Assembly (NCBI GenBank): GCA_043814985.1
Contig: JBDRJK010000011.1
Span: forward strand, 1-64,000
Direction of reading: 5' to 3'
Source of the DNA: Candidatus Aenigmatarchaeota archaeon
GTDB taxonomy: Archaea > Aenigmatarchaeota > Aenigmatarchaeia > Aenigmatarchaeales > Aenigmatarchaeaceae
Length of the DNA stretch: 64,000 nt
The notes under the pieces are model-generated. The model was not told the DNA's origin, did not search any database, and worked only from the letters and a program-made list of their open reading frames with translations. Positions 21,028 through 30,790 of the stretch are shown piece by piece. How positions within the stretch are numbered: the stretch's first letter is position 1; each line of letters begins with the position of its first letter. Made by a program: the position numbers and the translations under genes.

Positions 21028-21441
21028 TTATATTATTGTTCCTGTCCAATAAATCATCAATAATAGCACTAGTATCAGGAGATACTCGCCGAAGCCTCCT
21101 GTTTTTATGGGGCCGTTGAACTTGGGCTTCTTCACAGGCCAGAGAGGCATTATCCCCCTATGTGTCAGCGAGTCTCCGATTAAGTGGCTGAAGAACCCGA
21201 TAGAAAGAATTATTGCGGCAATCCTGTCCAACAGTCCTAATTGAAAACCTATGAAAAGGACTATCACCAAGAACCAGACATTGTGGAATACCTTCCTGTG
21301 GTATTTTCTGAACTTGAAATCAAAGTCAGGCAACAGAACTCCCACAAAGGCGAAGAGCGACATGTATATGGGGAAATCGAGGACAAACCCGAAAAGTATC
21401 AGGGTCAGAAAAGCGAATATTATGTGCGTCACTTTTTGCAT
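21028..21441 (-). CDS. membrane-bound metal-dependent hydrolase (YdjM-like)
   Basis: TH, LPDFD, HRKVFH, SHLIGDSLT motifs. Confidence 0.85.
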   Translation of the reverse strand: MQKVTHIIFAFLTLILFGFVLDFPIYMSLFAFVGVLLPDFDFKFRKYHRKVFHNVWFLVIVLFIGFQLGLLDRIAAIILSIGFFSHLIGDSLTHRGIMPLWPVKKPKFNGPIKTGGFGEYLLILVLLLMIYWTGTII

Positions 21442-21477
21442 AACAATATATACGAATGTTCTTTAAATCAATTTAAC

Positions 21478-22116
21478 ATGAAACTGAAAGCAGTGTTTTT
21501 CGATGTTGATGGGACAATAATACCACTGGATGTTGTGGTCAAGGCATTTAAAGAGACGAGCGAGCACTTCAACATCAAGCCACCAAAAGACAAAAAATTG
21601 TTGAAAGACATAAAAGGGCTAAAGCTTATCGAGGCCATAAGAAAAGCCATACCAGAGGCAAGGCCAATTGAAAAGGAGTTCGCGGCTTACTTTGAAAAAA
21701 TCCAGATAAAGAATTTTAAAAAATATTCAAGACTTCTTCCTTACGTCAAGACAACTTTCAGAGAAATAAAGAAGAAAAAAATAAAGATTGGAATTGTTAC
21801 AACAAAGTTGAGGAGCGAGGCATTGGCAGTTGTTAGAGGTTACAAACTGCCTTTTGATGTTTTGATAGGAAATGATGATGTCAAAAGAAGGAAGCCACAT
21901 CCTGAACCAGTTTTCAAAGCTTGCAAGAAACTAAGAGTAAAACCACAGGAGTGTATTTTTGTCGGGGACACTGATTTCGACATGCAGGCTGCAAGGTCTG
22001 CTGGTTGCGTTGCTGTGGGCGTCCTGACTGGGCATGGAAAAAGGAACAATTTAAAAAAATCAGGCGCGAACTTTATTATAAAGGATTTAAGGGAATTGAG
22101 GAAGCTAATAAAATAA
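21478..22116 (+). CDS. HAD-superfamily hydrolase
   Basis: FDVDGT, VTTK, KPHPEP, VGDT..D. Confidence 0.92.
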   Translation: MKLKAVFFDVDGTIIPLDVVVKAFKETSEHFNIKPPKDKKLLKDIKGLKLIEAIRKAIPEARPIEKEFAAYFEKIQIKNFKKYSRLLPYVKTTFREIKKKKIKIGIVTTKLRSEALAVVRGYKLPFDVLIGNDDVKRRKPHPEPVFKACKKLRVKPQECIFVGDTDFDMQAARSAGCVAVGVLTGHGKRNNLKKSGANFIIKDLRELRKLIK

Positions 22117-22117
22117 G

Positions 22118-23596
22118 GTGATAAAGTTCAAAAAATTTTACGTGACAACAGCAATAGATTATGTCAATGCAGAGATACATATAGGACACGCATATCAAAA
22201 GGTTGTGGCAGATGTTTTATCCAGATGGAACAAGATTCTAGGCAATCAAGTATTCTTTTCAACAGGGACTGATGAGCATGGTAAGAAAGTTTCTCTGTCA
22301 GCTCAGAAAGCCGGTAAATCTCCAAAAGAATTTGTTGATGAGATTTCAGAAAGGAACAAGCAGGCTTGGAAAGTTTTGAATGTAGATTATGACAGGTTCA
22401 TAAGGACAACAGATGAAGATCATAAGAAAACAGTTTTAGAGTTCATAGACAAGATAAACAAGAATGGTGACATATACAAGGGAAAATACACTGGTCGCTA
22501 TTGTGTTGGTTGTGAAAGATACTACACTGAGACAGAAATGCCAGGAAAGGTGTGTTCAATACACAAGGAACCATTAGAGGTGATAAGTGAGGATACATAC
22601 TTCTTCAGACTAAGTAAATATCAAAAATTCCTTTTAGATTTGTATGAAAAAAATCCTGAATTCGTTCTGCCAGAAGAGAGAAGGAACGAGATGGTTAACA
22701 GGGTAAAGGAAGGTTTGAAAGATTTATGCATAACAAGAACATCATTTGATTGGGGTATACCCTTTCCCCTTGAAAAAGGTTATATAGTTTATGTTTGGTT
22801 TGATGCTTTGATTAATTATTATACTGCAGTTAAGGACAAAGATTTTTGGCCTGCTGATGTTCACTTGCTAGGAAAGGACAATGGATGGTTCCATGCTGTG
22901 ATATGGCCTGCAATGCTCAAGTCAGCAGGCATTGAACTTCCCAAGACAGTTTTCATTCATGGTTTCTTAACATTCAACGGAAGCAAGATATCAAAATCTC
23001 TGGGAAATGCTATATCACCTGTTACATTGGCAGAGAAATATGACACAGATTCAATAAGGTATTTCCTAATGAGGGAGATTCCTTTCGGACAGGATGGAGA
23101 TTTTTCAGAAGAATCCTTGGTGAGCAGGCATAACTCGGAATTAGCTGACACATTAGGAAATCTTGTTAACAGGGTTCTTGTTCTGGTTGAGAAAAACTTT
23201 GGTGGCATTGTTCCAAAGTCAGGAGAGAAGGACAAACTAGCAGAGCTGGCTATTGAGACTCCTGAGAAAGTAAAAGCTTCTATCGAAGATTATCAATTCC
23301 ACAATGCTCTTAATGATATATGGCATCTTATTTCCGAAGCAAACAAGTATATCAACGAAAACAAGGTATGGGAAATAAAAGACAAGAAGAAATTAGGCGG
23401 GATTATGTACAATCTTCTGGAGACCTTGAGGTTCGTGTCAATTCTGACATACCCATTTATTCCAGAAACTGCTGAGAAAATAAGTGAACAGATAGGTTTG
23501 GAGAAAAATTTCTCTTATGATGATTTGAAATGGGGACTACTAAAAGAAGGAATAAAAATAAGAAGAGGAGAAGTCCTCTTCAAAAAAATAAAATAA
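22118..23596 (+). CDS. metG: methionyl-tRNA synthetase, short form without C-terminal tRNA-binding domain
   Basis: HIGH, GTDEHG, YVWFDAL, KISKS. Confidence 0.96.
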   Translation: MIKFKKFYVTTAIDYVNAEIHIGHAYQKVVADVLSRWNKILGNQVFFSTGTDEHGKKVSLSAQKAGKSPKEFVDEISERNKQAWKVLNVDYDRFIRTTDEDHKKTVLEFIDKINKNGDIYKGKYTGRYCVGCERYYTETEMPGKVCSIHKEPLEVISEDTYFFRLSKYQKFLLDLYEKNPEFVLPEERRNEMVNRVKEGLKDLCITRTSFDWGIPFPLEKGYIVYVWFDALINYYTAVKDKDFWPADVHLLGKDNGWFHAVIWPAMLKSAGIELPKTVFIHGFLTFNGSKISKSLGNAISPVTLAEKYDTDSIRYFLMREIPFGQDGDFSEESLVSRHNSELADTLGNLVNRVLVLVEKNFGGIVPKSGEKDKLAELAIETPEKVKASIEDYQFHNALNDIWHLISEANKYINENKVWEIKDKKKLGGIMYNLLETLRFVSILTYPFIPETAEKISEQIGLEKNFSYDDLKWGLLKEGIKIRRGEVLFKKIK

Positions 23597-23938
23597 TCAA
23601 ACTCTTGCCACGTGTGCGAAAGATGGTGTTATAACAATCCAGTCTTCATCAATGCCTGCTATGTCACCATTGATTGCCATGCAAGTTTTTCTCAATTTGT
23701 CAATAGCTCTCTTGAGTTCCGATATGTCCTTGCCTCTTAGGGCCTTTATCTTGACGAGAACTATGTTTCCATTTCTAACTTGCTTCTGGATTCTGTCAGA
23801 GTCTGCGAAATCCTCAATCTTGTCAACCTTTATTGATATTTTCCCTGCAGGTTTTTCCAATTCGCTTGTGTCAAGCTCGATGAATTCCTCTTCTCCCATT
23901 TCCTTAAAACCCCTTCCAAAAAGCCTTTCTAAAACCAT
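23597..23938 (-). CDS. sepF: cell division protein SepF
   Basis: GNIVLV, GDIAGI, VITP pattern of archaeal SepF. Confidence 0.88.
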   Translation of the reverse strand: MVLERLFGRGFKEMGEEEFIELDTSELEKPAGKISIKVDKIEDFADSDRIQKQVRNGNIVLVKIKALRGKDISELKRAIDKLRKTCMAINGDIAGIDEDWIVITPSFAHVARV

Positions 23939-23994
23939 TCACATCTACCTCCAAAATTATTATAATCTTAATTTATGCCCCAACACATAAATAT

Positions 23995-24237
23995 CTATTT
24001 CTGCACGCTTTCCAGAGCCGAAACTATGTTCCATATCTGGGTTCTGGTGTACATTGGTATGTTAGGATCATTAGAAACCTCATCCATGCTCGAGATGACC
24101 GTATTCACCCTCACAGCCATGTCTTCCTTCTCATCTTTCAGAATGACTAAGGATTCGTCGCATTTTGCCCTGATATTTCTAGGCACAGTCCTGTCGTTAG
24201 CGACCTGTTGGATAAAATTGATAACTTCCTCGAACAT
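23995..24237 (-). CDS. UPF0147 family protein
   Basis: DRTVPRNIR, DPNIPMYTRTQIW. Confidence 0.93.
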   Translation of the reverse strand: MFEEVINFIQQVANDRTVPRNIRAKCDESLVILKDEKEDMAVRVNTVISSMDEVSNDPNIPMYTRTQIWNIVSALESVQK

Positions 24238-24306
24238 GAAAAACACCTTACCGTGAACATGATACTAGAAATTATCTTGGTCTCAAGTGTTTAAATTGTT
24301 TACTGT

Positions 24307-24672
24307 TTAACTAGCTGCCTTTTCTTCCTGGTCCTTGAGAACCTCTTCCAGCCTTTCCTGACCTTGGTCCATTCTTTCCTTGAGCCTGTTCTCCTGCTTC
24401 TGCATGCTCTTGAGCCTTAAGTCAATGGTCTCTTTCCTCTCTTCCAGCTCTTTCTCCAGCTTTCCTTTCTCAGATTTTATCAGAATAGGCCCTACAGCCT
24501 TGAAAACATCCTCGTTTTTCACTTTCTTCAACTCATCCAAAGCCTTGTCAATCTCCATGTTCTGGATGTTCAGGCTTTCCTTCTGTATTAGAACAGTCTG
24601 CATTTGCTGTTGGCATGCCTGCAAGTCCATCAAGACCTGCTGGGCTTCTGCCGTTATTTTCATTCCTTCCAT
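24307..24672 (-). CDS. pfdB: prefoldin beta subunit
   Basis: coiled coils around VFKAVGPILI hairpin; superoperon position. Confidence 0.93.
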   Translation of the reverse strand: MEGMKITAEAQQVLMDLQACQQQMQTVLIQKESLNIQNMEIDKALDELKKVKNEDVFKAVGPILIKSEKGKLEKELEERKETIDLRLKSMQKQENRLKERMDQGQERLEEVLKDQEEKAAS

Positions 24673-24888
24673 TCAAATCTCATCCATACTTATTGCAGTC
24701 CTTATCAGCTTCATGTAAGAGTTTATCCCGGCCAACAGCCCTGTCATGTCCCCTGACTCTATTGTCAGCACGAGCTTGTCTTGCTTGCCCTCCAGCTTCA
24801 CGTCGAACTTCTTGGCGTCAATGTCAGGGCTTATTGCTTTTATGGCTGTCTCAGGGTCCTTACAATCTATCTCTATTTCTGCTTTCAT
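24673..24888 (-). CDS. pcc1: KEOPS subunit Pcc1
   Basis: AISPD, L.I...D...L.A.INSY pattern; position after rpoP. Confidence 0.85.
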   Translation of the reverse strand: MKAEIEIDCKDPETAIKAISPDIDAKKFDVKLEGKQDKLVLTIESGDMTGLLAGINSYMKLIRTAISMDEI

Positions 24889-24889
24889 C

Positions 24890-25024
24890 CTAATCTGCTT
24901 TAACTTTTACCACAGTTTCAGAGGCTTCCTTTAATATTATCTTGTACCCACAATAGGGGCACCTTACCTTTTCCTTCACCTTTTTGGGGTCGACCTCTTT
25001 CCTGCACTTAAGACATTTATACAT
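24890..25024 (-). CDS. rpoP: RNA polymerase subunit Rpo12 (P), absent from the ORF track
   Basis: manual translation MYKCLKCRKEVDPKKVKEKVRCPYCGYKIILKEASETVVKVKAD; position after rpl37ae. Confidence 0.93.
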   Translation of the reverse strand: MYKCLKCRKEVDPKKVKEKVRCPYCGYKIILKEASETVVKVKAD

Positions 25025-25241
25025 TTTTATCACTCTTTGGAAAGTAAGCGCCACCGGCAAACTTGGTTTTGCACTTCTTGCAATACCAGATGCCTGAGGC
25101 GATCCTTTTCAGCACTGACCTCTCGCAATAGGGGCAGGTCCTCTTTTCTCTTGCTTTCTTCTCTACTTTAGCAATTATTTTCTTACCCTTAGTTCCATAT
25201 CTAACACCGTATCTGCCTGTGCTACCAACTTTTTTGGTCAC
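25017..25241 (-). CDS. rpl37ae: 50S ribosomal protein L37Ae
   Basis: GRYGVRYG, CPYC, GIWYCKKC, FAGGAY. Confidence 0.96.
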   Translation of the reverse strand: MTKKVGSTGRYGVRYGTKGKKIIAKVEKKAREKRTCPYCERSVLKRIASGIWYCKKCKTKFAGGAYFPKSDKNV

Positions 25242-26008
25242 TTAATCAACTTTCTTAGTTCTTTGCCTTTTAAAATTGACAAGTCTGCTGCTTTTAAAAC
25301 TTCCTCTGTGCTTAGATAACCTGTTCCGCCCTTCTGTATTGAGCAGATGTCGCCCTTCTTGTTGGTTGTTATTGTTATCCTTGCGTCGAGGTTCTCCTCT
25401 TCCTCCAGATTGATGTCAACCAAGAGGCTGCTGTTTATCTTGGCAACAGTTATTGCTATTGGCACGTCTCTGACTGGAAGCTTGCCTGTCTTTTCCTCTT
25501 GTATTACCTTTTCCTTGTCGTACTTTGGCATCTCTGCTGTCATGAGGGCAGCTATTGCTCCCAGGGCTGCAGCGTCAATCAAGTTTCCATCATAGTCTAA
25601 AACATGTATGTCAACATTGACCATCCACACCTTTTCCCCTGATTCTATGCACAGCTTATCCAGTTCAATGCACTTGCTCTCCCTTATGCCCCTGTCTGTC
25701 ACCCTTGACGCCTCTATTGACTCTTCTCTTGGTGGTCCTTCCTCAAAGTCCGGTGATGCAACAGGAGACAGCTCTGTGTTAACAATCAAAACTCCCTCGT
25801 CCGGAACATCTGCAAATGGTGCGCCAACAGACATCTTGACACCGGCTAGAATATGGGTGTTCCCTATCTTGACTCTGGCAGATCCCTCAGCATTTTTCAT
25901 GACATTGGTCTCTATGCTTATTGGTCTGAACTCCTCGAATTTCCTCTCGTCCAATCTAGAGTTCTTCTCTACCAGTTTCCTTATGTAGCTTTCATTCATC
26001 TTCAACAT
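25238..26008 (-). CDS. rrp42: exosome subunit Rrp42
   Basis: AEGSARVKIG, GPP, DRGIRES, DGNLIDA. Confidence 0.95.
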   Translation of the reverse strand: MLKMNESYIRKLVEKNSRLDERKFEEFRPISIETNVMKNAEGSARVKIGNTHILAGVKMSVGAPFADVPDEGVLIVNTELSPVASPDFEEGPPREESIEASRVTDRGIRESKCIELDKLCIESGEKVWMVNVDIHVLDYDGNLIDAAALGAIAALMTAEMPKYDKEKVIQEEKTGKLPVRDVPIAITVAKINSSLLVDINLEEEENLDARITITTNKKGDICSIQKGGTGYLSTEEVLKAADLSILKGKELRKLIK

Positions 26009-26735
26009 TGTTTTCACCTGTTTTGTATTTTTCTTTCAAGGCCTGCTTCTGCTTCTCAAATAAATCTGCACAACCTTTTCTCGCGTATCCCAGCATCTTC
26101 TTTAATTCGTCCTTTGTTATTATGCCGTCCATCTGTAACAAGACAACTTTGTCCTCGTTGCCTATCATTGCTACTGCCATGTCAACGTCTCCGTAGTTGT
26201 CCTCCAGTCCTGCGACATCCACTATAATCTCGCCGTCAAGCTTTCCAACGCTGCATGATGTTACCAGGTTCCTCATTGGTATGCCGGCGTCCGCCATAGC
26301 CATTGAGGCAGCATTCAAGCCTGCGCACCTTGTAGTGCCGTCTGCCTGAATAATCTCCACGTACACCTTTATCAGTGATTTGGGGTAGTCCTCGAAAAAA
26401 ATAACATTCGACAAGGCTTCCCTCAATACCTTTGATATTTCAGTTCCTCTCCTGCTTCTGCCAGGCCTTATTCTCTCCTTTGTTGAGAACGGTGCCATTG
26501 CATATCTGCATTTTATTACAGCCCTTTGTGGGTCTTCAATATGCCTCGGATGTACAACGCTTGGACCATACACTGCTGCCAATGCGCGTGTGTTGCCAAA
26601 ATTAAAAGTGGCAGAGCCTTCAGCTCTCTTTATCAAGCCTACTTCCATGCTTGTTGGCCTGAAATCCTCAAGGCCTCTTCCATCAAGCCTCTTGCCCTTG
26701 TCAATCATGTTTTTTGGTTTACCTACTTTTGCCAT
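25992..26735 (-). CDS. rrp41: exosome subunit Rrp41
   Basis: RLDGR, YAMAPFST, RRGTEISKV, ADGTTR, LLQMDG. Confidence 0.95.
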   Translation of the reverse strand: MAKVGKPKNMIDKGKRLDGRGLEDFRPTSMEVGLIKRAEGSATFNFGNTRALAAVYGPSVVHPRHIEDPQRAVIKCRYAMAPFSTKERIRPGRSRRGTEISKVLREALSNVIFFEDYPKSLIKVYVEIIQADGTTRCAGLNAASMAMADAGIPMRNLVTSCSVGKLDGEIIVDVAGLEDNYGDVDMAVAMIGNEDKVVLLQMDGIITKDELKKMLGYARKGCADLFEKQKQALKEKYKTGENNVEDE

Positions 26736-26736
26736 A

Positions 26737-27429
26737 TCATTCACCTTTCTCCAATAACAGGGATATCTTGTCTGTCAAGCCTGTTGTATGCGAATCTCTC
26801 TCAATTGTCAAAACAGCCTTTGTTGCCAGAGCTTCATTGTCTCCCTTTATCCAGATTACGCCGTTCTGTCCAACAATTATCTGGCACTTGGTCTTGTCCT
26901 TTATCAGCTCTATCATTGAGCCAGCCTTTCCTATGACCCTTGGGACCTTTGAAGGCATGATTTTCAATAGTCTTCCGCCAATCAATTTCCTTGTCCTCTG
27001 GTCGTCCATTGTTAATTGGACTCTTTTTGTCTTGGAGACACTTAAAACTTTTGAATATATCACGTCTCCTATGTCATAGTAAACTGAGATATCTGTTTTA
27101 TTCAAGTCAACGTATTCGCCGACAGCCTCTCCTAAAAGCAGTATTGCTGTGTATGGGGAGTTTATGTTGACAATCCACATTGTTGTCTGCATGTCCTCTA
27201 CAAAACCAATAACTCCGTCCCTTGGTTTGGGAATGTAAACTCCTGCAAGAGGAATGACACTTACAAACCTTTCCTTTACTCTTGATAAACCCAGAATTTT
27301 TGATTTTATTTGATTCTCATCCCTGAAACTTCCTTGGGATGGGAGAAAATCTAGGCCTGTTGCCAGAGGTTCTCCAGGAATTACCAGTTGCCTTTCATTA
27401 ACTAAAAGTTCAGATTTTACTTCATTCAT
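26737..27429 (-). CDS. rrp4: exosome RNA-binding subunit Rrp4
   Basis: S1 plus KH (VPRVIGKAGSM, VGQNGVIW). Confidence 0.95.
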   Translation of the reverse strand: MNEVKSELLVNERQLVIPGEPLATGLDFLPSQGSFRDENQIKSKILGLSRVKERFVSVIPLAGVYIPKPRDGVIGFVEDMQTTMWIVNINSPYTAILLLGEAVGEYVDLNKTDISVYYDIGDVIYSKVLSVSKTKRVQLTMDDQRTRKLIGGRLLKIMPSKVPRVIGKAGSMIELIKDKTKCQIIVGQNGVIWIKGDNEALATKAVLTIERDSHTTGLTDKISLLLEKGE

Positions 27430-27431
27430 TT

Positions 27432-28139
27432 TTATTCACCTACTCTTTTTATTATTTTAACCTCAACCTGCCCGTGGGTCAGGTTGTTCAGTCTATCATA
27501 AACTTCCTGCTGGATGCCAGCAGGTATCTCTATCATTGACAAAAGGCTTCCGTCAGAAGCCCACTCTTCTTTTAATAGGGTACCGAAGCTTCTTAAAATA
27601 TTACTAGACTTGCCCGCGAACGAGGAGGGTATCCTGATTGCAAGCTGTATCCTCTCTATCTTTATCGGCATGATGCTTTGTATGCTGTTTATCACACGGT
27701 CAATCTGCTCCTCGACCCTCTTGTCCAGGTCAACCCTTACCTTTGCCTCGTCCATTGCCCTCAGTATCCTGTCTGCAGGATGAGGGAGGTTGTTCTGCGG
27801 GTTAACACTCCTCTTGGAAATAATGTTTGCAATTGCTTTTGTTTTCTCCTCAATCATCTGCCTTCTTTGGTCAGTTGTAAGCTGGACCTCGCCATCTTTT
27901 ATTATTGTCTTTACAATAACTTTCATGTCATTGGTCCCGAAGACCTTGTTGATGTTTTCCTTAGATGCTCTAAGACCCTTTTTAGAATCCTCGTAAACCT
28001 CTTCAGAGGCAATTATATCATCTAGAGCAATATCTTTACCCATCCTAAGTTCCAGTGCTCTCTCAGGATCAACAAGTATTTCAAACTTTTCTCCTGATTT
28101 TGACAACCTGGCTATAACAGCCTTTTCTACAGAAATCAT
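27432..28139 (-). CDS. ribosome maturation factor SBDS/SDO1
   Basis: FEILVDP, QLTTDQRR, PHPADRI. Confidence 0.95.
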   Translation of the reverse strand: MISVEKAVIARLSKSGEKFEILVDPERALELRMGKDIALDDIIASEEVYEDSKKGLRASKENINKVFGTNDMKVIVKTIIKDGEVQLTTDQRRQMIEEKTKAIANIISKRSVNPQNNLPHPADRILRAMDEAKVRVDLDKRVEEQIDRVINSIQSIMPIKIERIQLAIRIPSSFAGKSSNILRSFGTLLKEEWASDGSLLSMIEIPAGIQQEVYDRLNNLTHGQVEVKIIKRVGE

Positions 28140-28165
28140 TTAACCAACTTTGTAAATTATTCATA

Positions 28166-28879
28166 CTACCAGTACTTTTTGATGAATTTTAATCCATCGT
28201 TACCATGATATTTTTTAAATCCCTTACCATTAATGACAGCCAGTTCAATCTCTTCAGGTTTTAATCCCTTTTCTCCTACTTTCAAGGCCTTCACACCGAG
28301 CTTGATTGCTTCTTCCTCGCTTAGGTTCTCCTTCCACTGCTTCTTCAAAAGCTTCATTGCTTCTGGCGCTCCCCTTCCTATTACCTGTGCCTTCCAGCCG
28401 TAATATGCTGATGAGGGATCTATCTCGAAAAGCTGCGGGCCTTTCTCGTCTATTCCTCCAAGCAAGAAGGCAACTCCGAAAGGCCTTACGCCTCCGTATT
28501 GTGTGTACAGTTGCATCTTGTCGGATAATTCCTTGACTGCTCCCATGACATTTAACGGCTCGTCATAAGTCAGCTTGTAAACCTGTGCTTTAACCCTTCC
28601 CATGTCAATTAGGACTCTTCCGTCTGCCATGAATCCTGATATGGCAGCTCCCAGATGGTCGTCTATCTGATGGACTTTCTCTCCGCTGCCGTCAGGCACT
28701 GCCAGCTCCATTATTGGCTTTGATGCAATTAGAACAACTCCATTGCCAAATATCAAGCCTATTGAAGTTGTTCCCCTTTTAACAGCTTCCCTTGCATACT
28801 CTACCTGGAACAACCTTCCATCAGGAGAAAATGTTACTATTGCCCTATCATAACCCATCATTTCTGGTATAGCTTGTAT
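28166..28879 (-). CDS. psmA: proteasome alpha subunit (possible ATA start at 28879; first ATG at 28861)
   Basis: GYDRAIVTFSPDGRLFQVEYA, GVRPFGV. Confidence 0.96.
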   Translation of the reverse strand: MQAIPEMMGYDRAIVTFSPDGRLFQVEYAREAVKRGTTSIGLIFGNGVVLIASKPIMELAVPDGSGEKVHQIDDHLGAAISGFMADGRVLIDMGRVKAQVYKLTYDEPLNVMGAVKELSDKMQLYTQYGGVRPFGVAFLLGGIDEKGPQLFEIDPSSAYYGWKAQVIGRGAPEAMKLLKKQWKENLSEEEAIKLGVKALKVGEKGLKPEEIELAVINGKGFKKYHGNDGLKFIKKYW

Positions 28880-28930
28880 AATATCACCTTAGATGTTATT
28901 ACTTTACAATTTCTAACTTTATAAAGATTT

Positions 28931-29236
28931 TCATATATCTGATAGTTCTTTTTCTAGACCGTCCAGATCGAACTTAGCTCTGTATTCTTCCCAGCCTCTG
29001 ATAAATTCAGTCCCCTTTTCTTTAAGATAATATAAGCTTTTTGTGGGACCACTTCCTGTTTCATTTTTCTCTGGCTTCCTATAACCAATATATTGCTTTT
29101 CTTCTAGAAATTCTAAATATTTTGTGATTTCACCGCCAGTGTTACTTTTTCTTGAAATTGCTGATTGGCTTTTTCCATTTGAATTCTTAAGAGAATTCAA
29201 TACGTCTATACACATTTCAAATTTACGCCTCCTCAT
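28931..29236 (-). CDS. archaeal winged-helix transcription regulator
   Basis: RRKFEMCIDVL...YLEFLEEK...YYLKEKG.EF. Confidence 0.75.
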   Translation of the reverse strand: MRRRKFEMCIDVLNSLKNSNGKSQSAISRKSNTGGEITKYLEFLEEKQYIGYRKPEKNETGSGPTKSLYYLKEKGTEFIRGWEEYRAKFDLDGLEKELSDI

Positions 29237-29510
29237 TATTATTACCTACAGACGATTCCAATTCTTCTGCAAATTTTTTATACTGTTTCCATTCACTGAG
29301 AAAATCCAATCCATTATCAGTTATAGCATAATGGGTCCTTTTCCCCACGCCCTCTGTTGAAGCATGTCCTCTTCGGATAGCCACGCGCAAATATTTTTTG
29401 GCAGTTGTTATATTCGCGTTTGAGGAATACATAATTTTAGTTACCCCTTTCTTACTCTTTTCAATTGAACCTAATATATCCATATACAATTGAATTCTAT
29501 TTCTTTTCAT
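29223..29510 (-). CDS. archaeal winged-helix transcription regulator
   Basis: KRNRIQLYMDIL...TKIMYSSN...KKYL...YAITDNG. Confidence 0.8.
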   Translation of the reverse strand: MKRNRIQLYMDILGSIEKSKKGVTKIMYSSNANITTAKKYLRVAIRRGHASTEGVGKRTHYAITDNGLDFLSEWKQYKKFAEELESSVGNNNEEA

Positions 29511-29558
29511 GAAAGCACTAAGAATAATAAAAAAATTAAAGATTTAAACCCCCGCGAA

Positions 29559-29942
29559 TCAAGACGTGAATTCTGTTAATCTTGTTTCACCGAAGAACTT
29601 CATCTTGGCTGCCTTGATTGTTCCCGAGACTCCCAGCACCTTGACAACAACCCTTGTGTCACCTATCCTTTCCATCAATGCCAATGAAGCCCTGATATGC
29701 TCCACAGTTAAGTGAGAACATCTTATCAGGCCCATCTGTTTCTTCTCATCATAAATATCCCTTGCAATCCAGATGTCAGCCTCGGAAGAGCCATGCTCTC
29801 CTAAAAAGTTCAGGATGGAATGCCATATGCTGTTGATAAGGTCCTGCAGCAATACCTTCTCTTCCGATATCACCTGATAGGCAATGTACCTTCTCCTTCC
29901 CCTCAGGCTCGGGGGCAGTGATTTCGGTCTTCTATCATCCAT
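29559..29942 (-). CDS. rnp2: RNase P protein Pop5
   Basis: LPPSLRGRRRYI, GLIRC, LGVSGTIK. Confidence 0.95.
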   Translation of the reverse strand: MDDRRPKSLPPSLRGRRRYIAYQVISEEKVLLQDLINSIWHSILNFLGEHGSSEADIWIARDIYDEKKQMGLIRCSHLTVEHIRASLALMERIGDTRVVVKVLGVSGTIKAAKMKFFGETRLTEFTS

Positions 29943-29943
29943 A

Positions 29944-30663
29944 CTAATCAACCACCTCAACACCATCTGTTATTTTTGTGCCTTCCAAAGTCTTCATGTT
30001 GTTTTGGATGATTTCCTGCGGGACAGACGTTACTCCATGGAATGCCTTGCCCAAGTCCAGACCAAGGACATTTGCCATTGACACCAATTCCCTTGGTGCC
30101 CTCATGTCCCAGATGCTCTTGGCTCCTGAAGAGATTATGACCGGTGTCCTGTATTGGTTTGTCAGGTTGATGTTCTTTGTTATATGGTTGAGTATATATG
30201 ACCTGGGCTTCCTGAAAGAGTAAAGAATCTCCCTGAAGTTTATCTGGATTGCCATGTTGTTCCTTGTGGCGCATGCCAAGCACACCTGATCCAAGCCGCT
30301 GTCTATTCTTCCCAACTCTGGGTGGGCAAGTATGTCCACCCTCGGGTCCTCGCATGCAGCCCTGTTAATATTATAGTTGCCTCCGGCGACAACAACAACC
30401 ATGGCATTCTCCCTGGCCTTGGTTATCATTTCCTTTAGTTCGGGAACATTCTTTGCCTGTATGTAGGCCCCTGCATAGACTTCTGTATTAGTCTCAAGCT
30501 TGCTGATTGCTTCCTTTAGCTTGTCTATATTTTCCTTGTTCTCAAAGGTATCGCATATTGCTATTCCAGTGTATCCCAGCTTCTGCGCAAACTCGACTAT
30601 CTCTTGTAGTGTATTATCACCGCTGGACAAATTGCTCTGGATGTGTAAGTCGTAAAATTTCGT
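29944..30663 (-). CDS. rnp3: RNase P protein Rpp30 (probable ACG start)
   Basis: KFYDLHI N-terminus, NRAACEDPRVDIL, SSGA...MRAPREL. Confidence 0.93.
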   Translation of the reverse strand, partial: TKFYDLHIQSNLSSGDNTLQEIVEFAQKLGYTGIAICDTFENKENIDKLKEAISKLETNTEVYAGAYIQAKNVPELKEMITKARENAMVVVVAGGNYNINRAACEDPRVDILAHPELGRIDSGLDQVCLACATRNNMAIQINFREILYSFRKPRSYILNHITKNINLTNQYRTPVIISSGAKSIWDMRAPRELVSMANVLGLDLGKAFHGVTSVPQEIIQNNMKTLEGTKITDGVEVVD

Positions 30664-30790
30664 TCAAATCACCTTTTTAGAATTTGCTTTTTAAGTTTAA
30701 AAAATAGGTTGGAAAAAAAGAATTGTCAATTTTAGTGTATATAATTCTATTACCTTTTTATACCTAGAATTTAAATAATTTTTAGATAGT

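Noticed and set aside
21241..21477. Long N-terminal extensions in the ORF track (HAD; also kae1 from 2734 and the ThiI-like gene from 34842)
   Set aside because: They overlap opposite-strand genes, and family motifs begin at the downstream ATGs.
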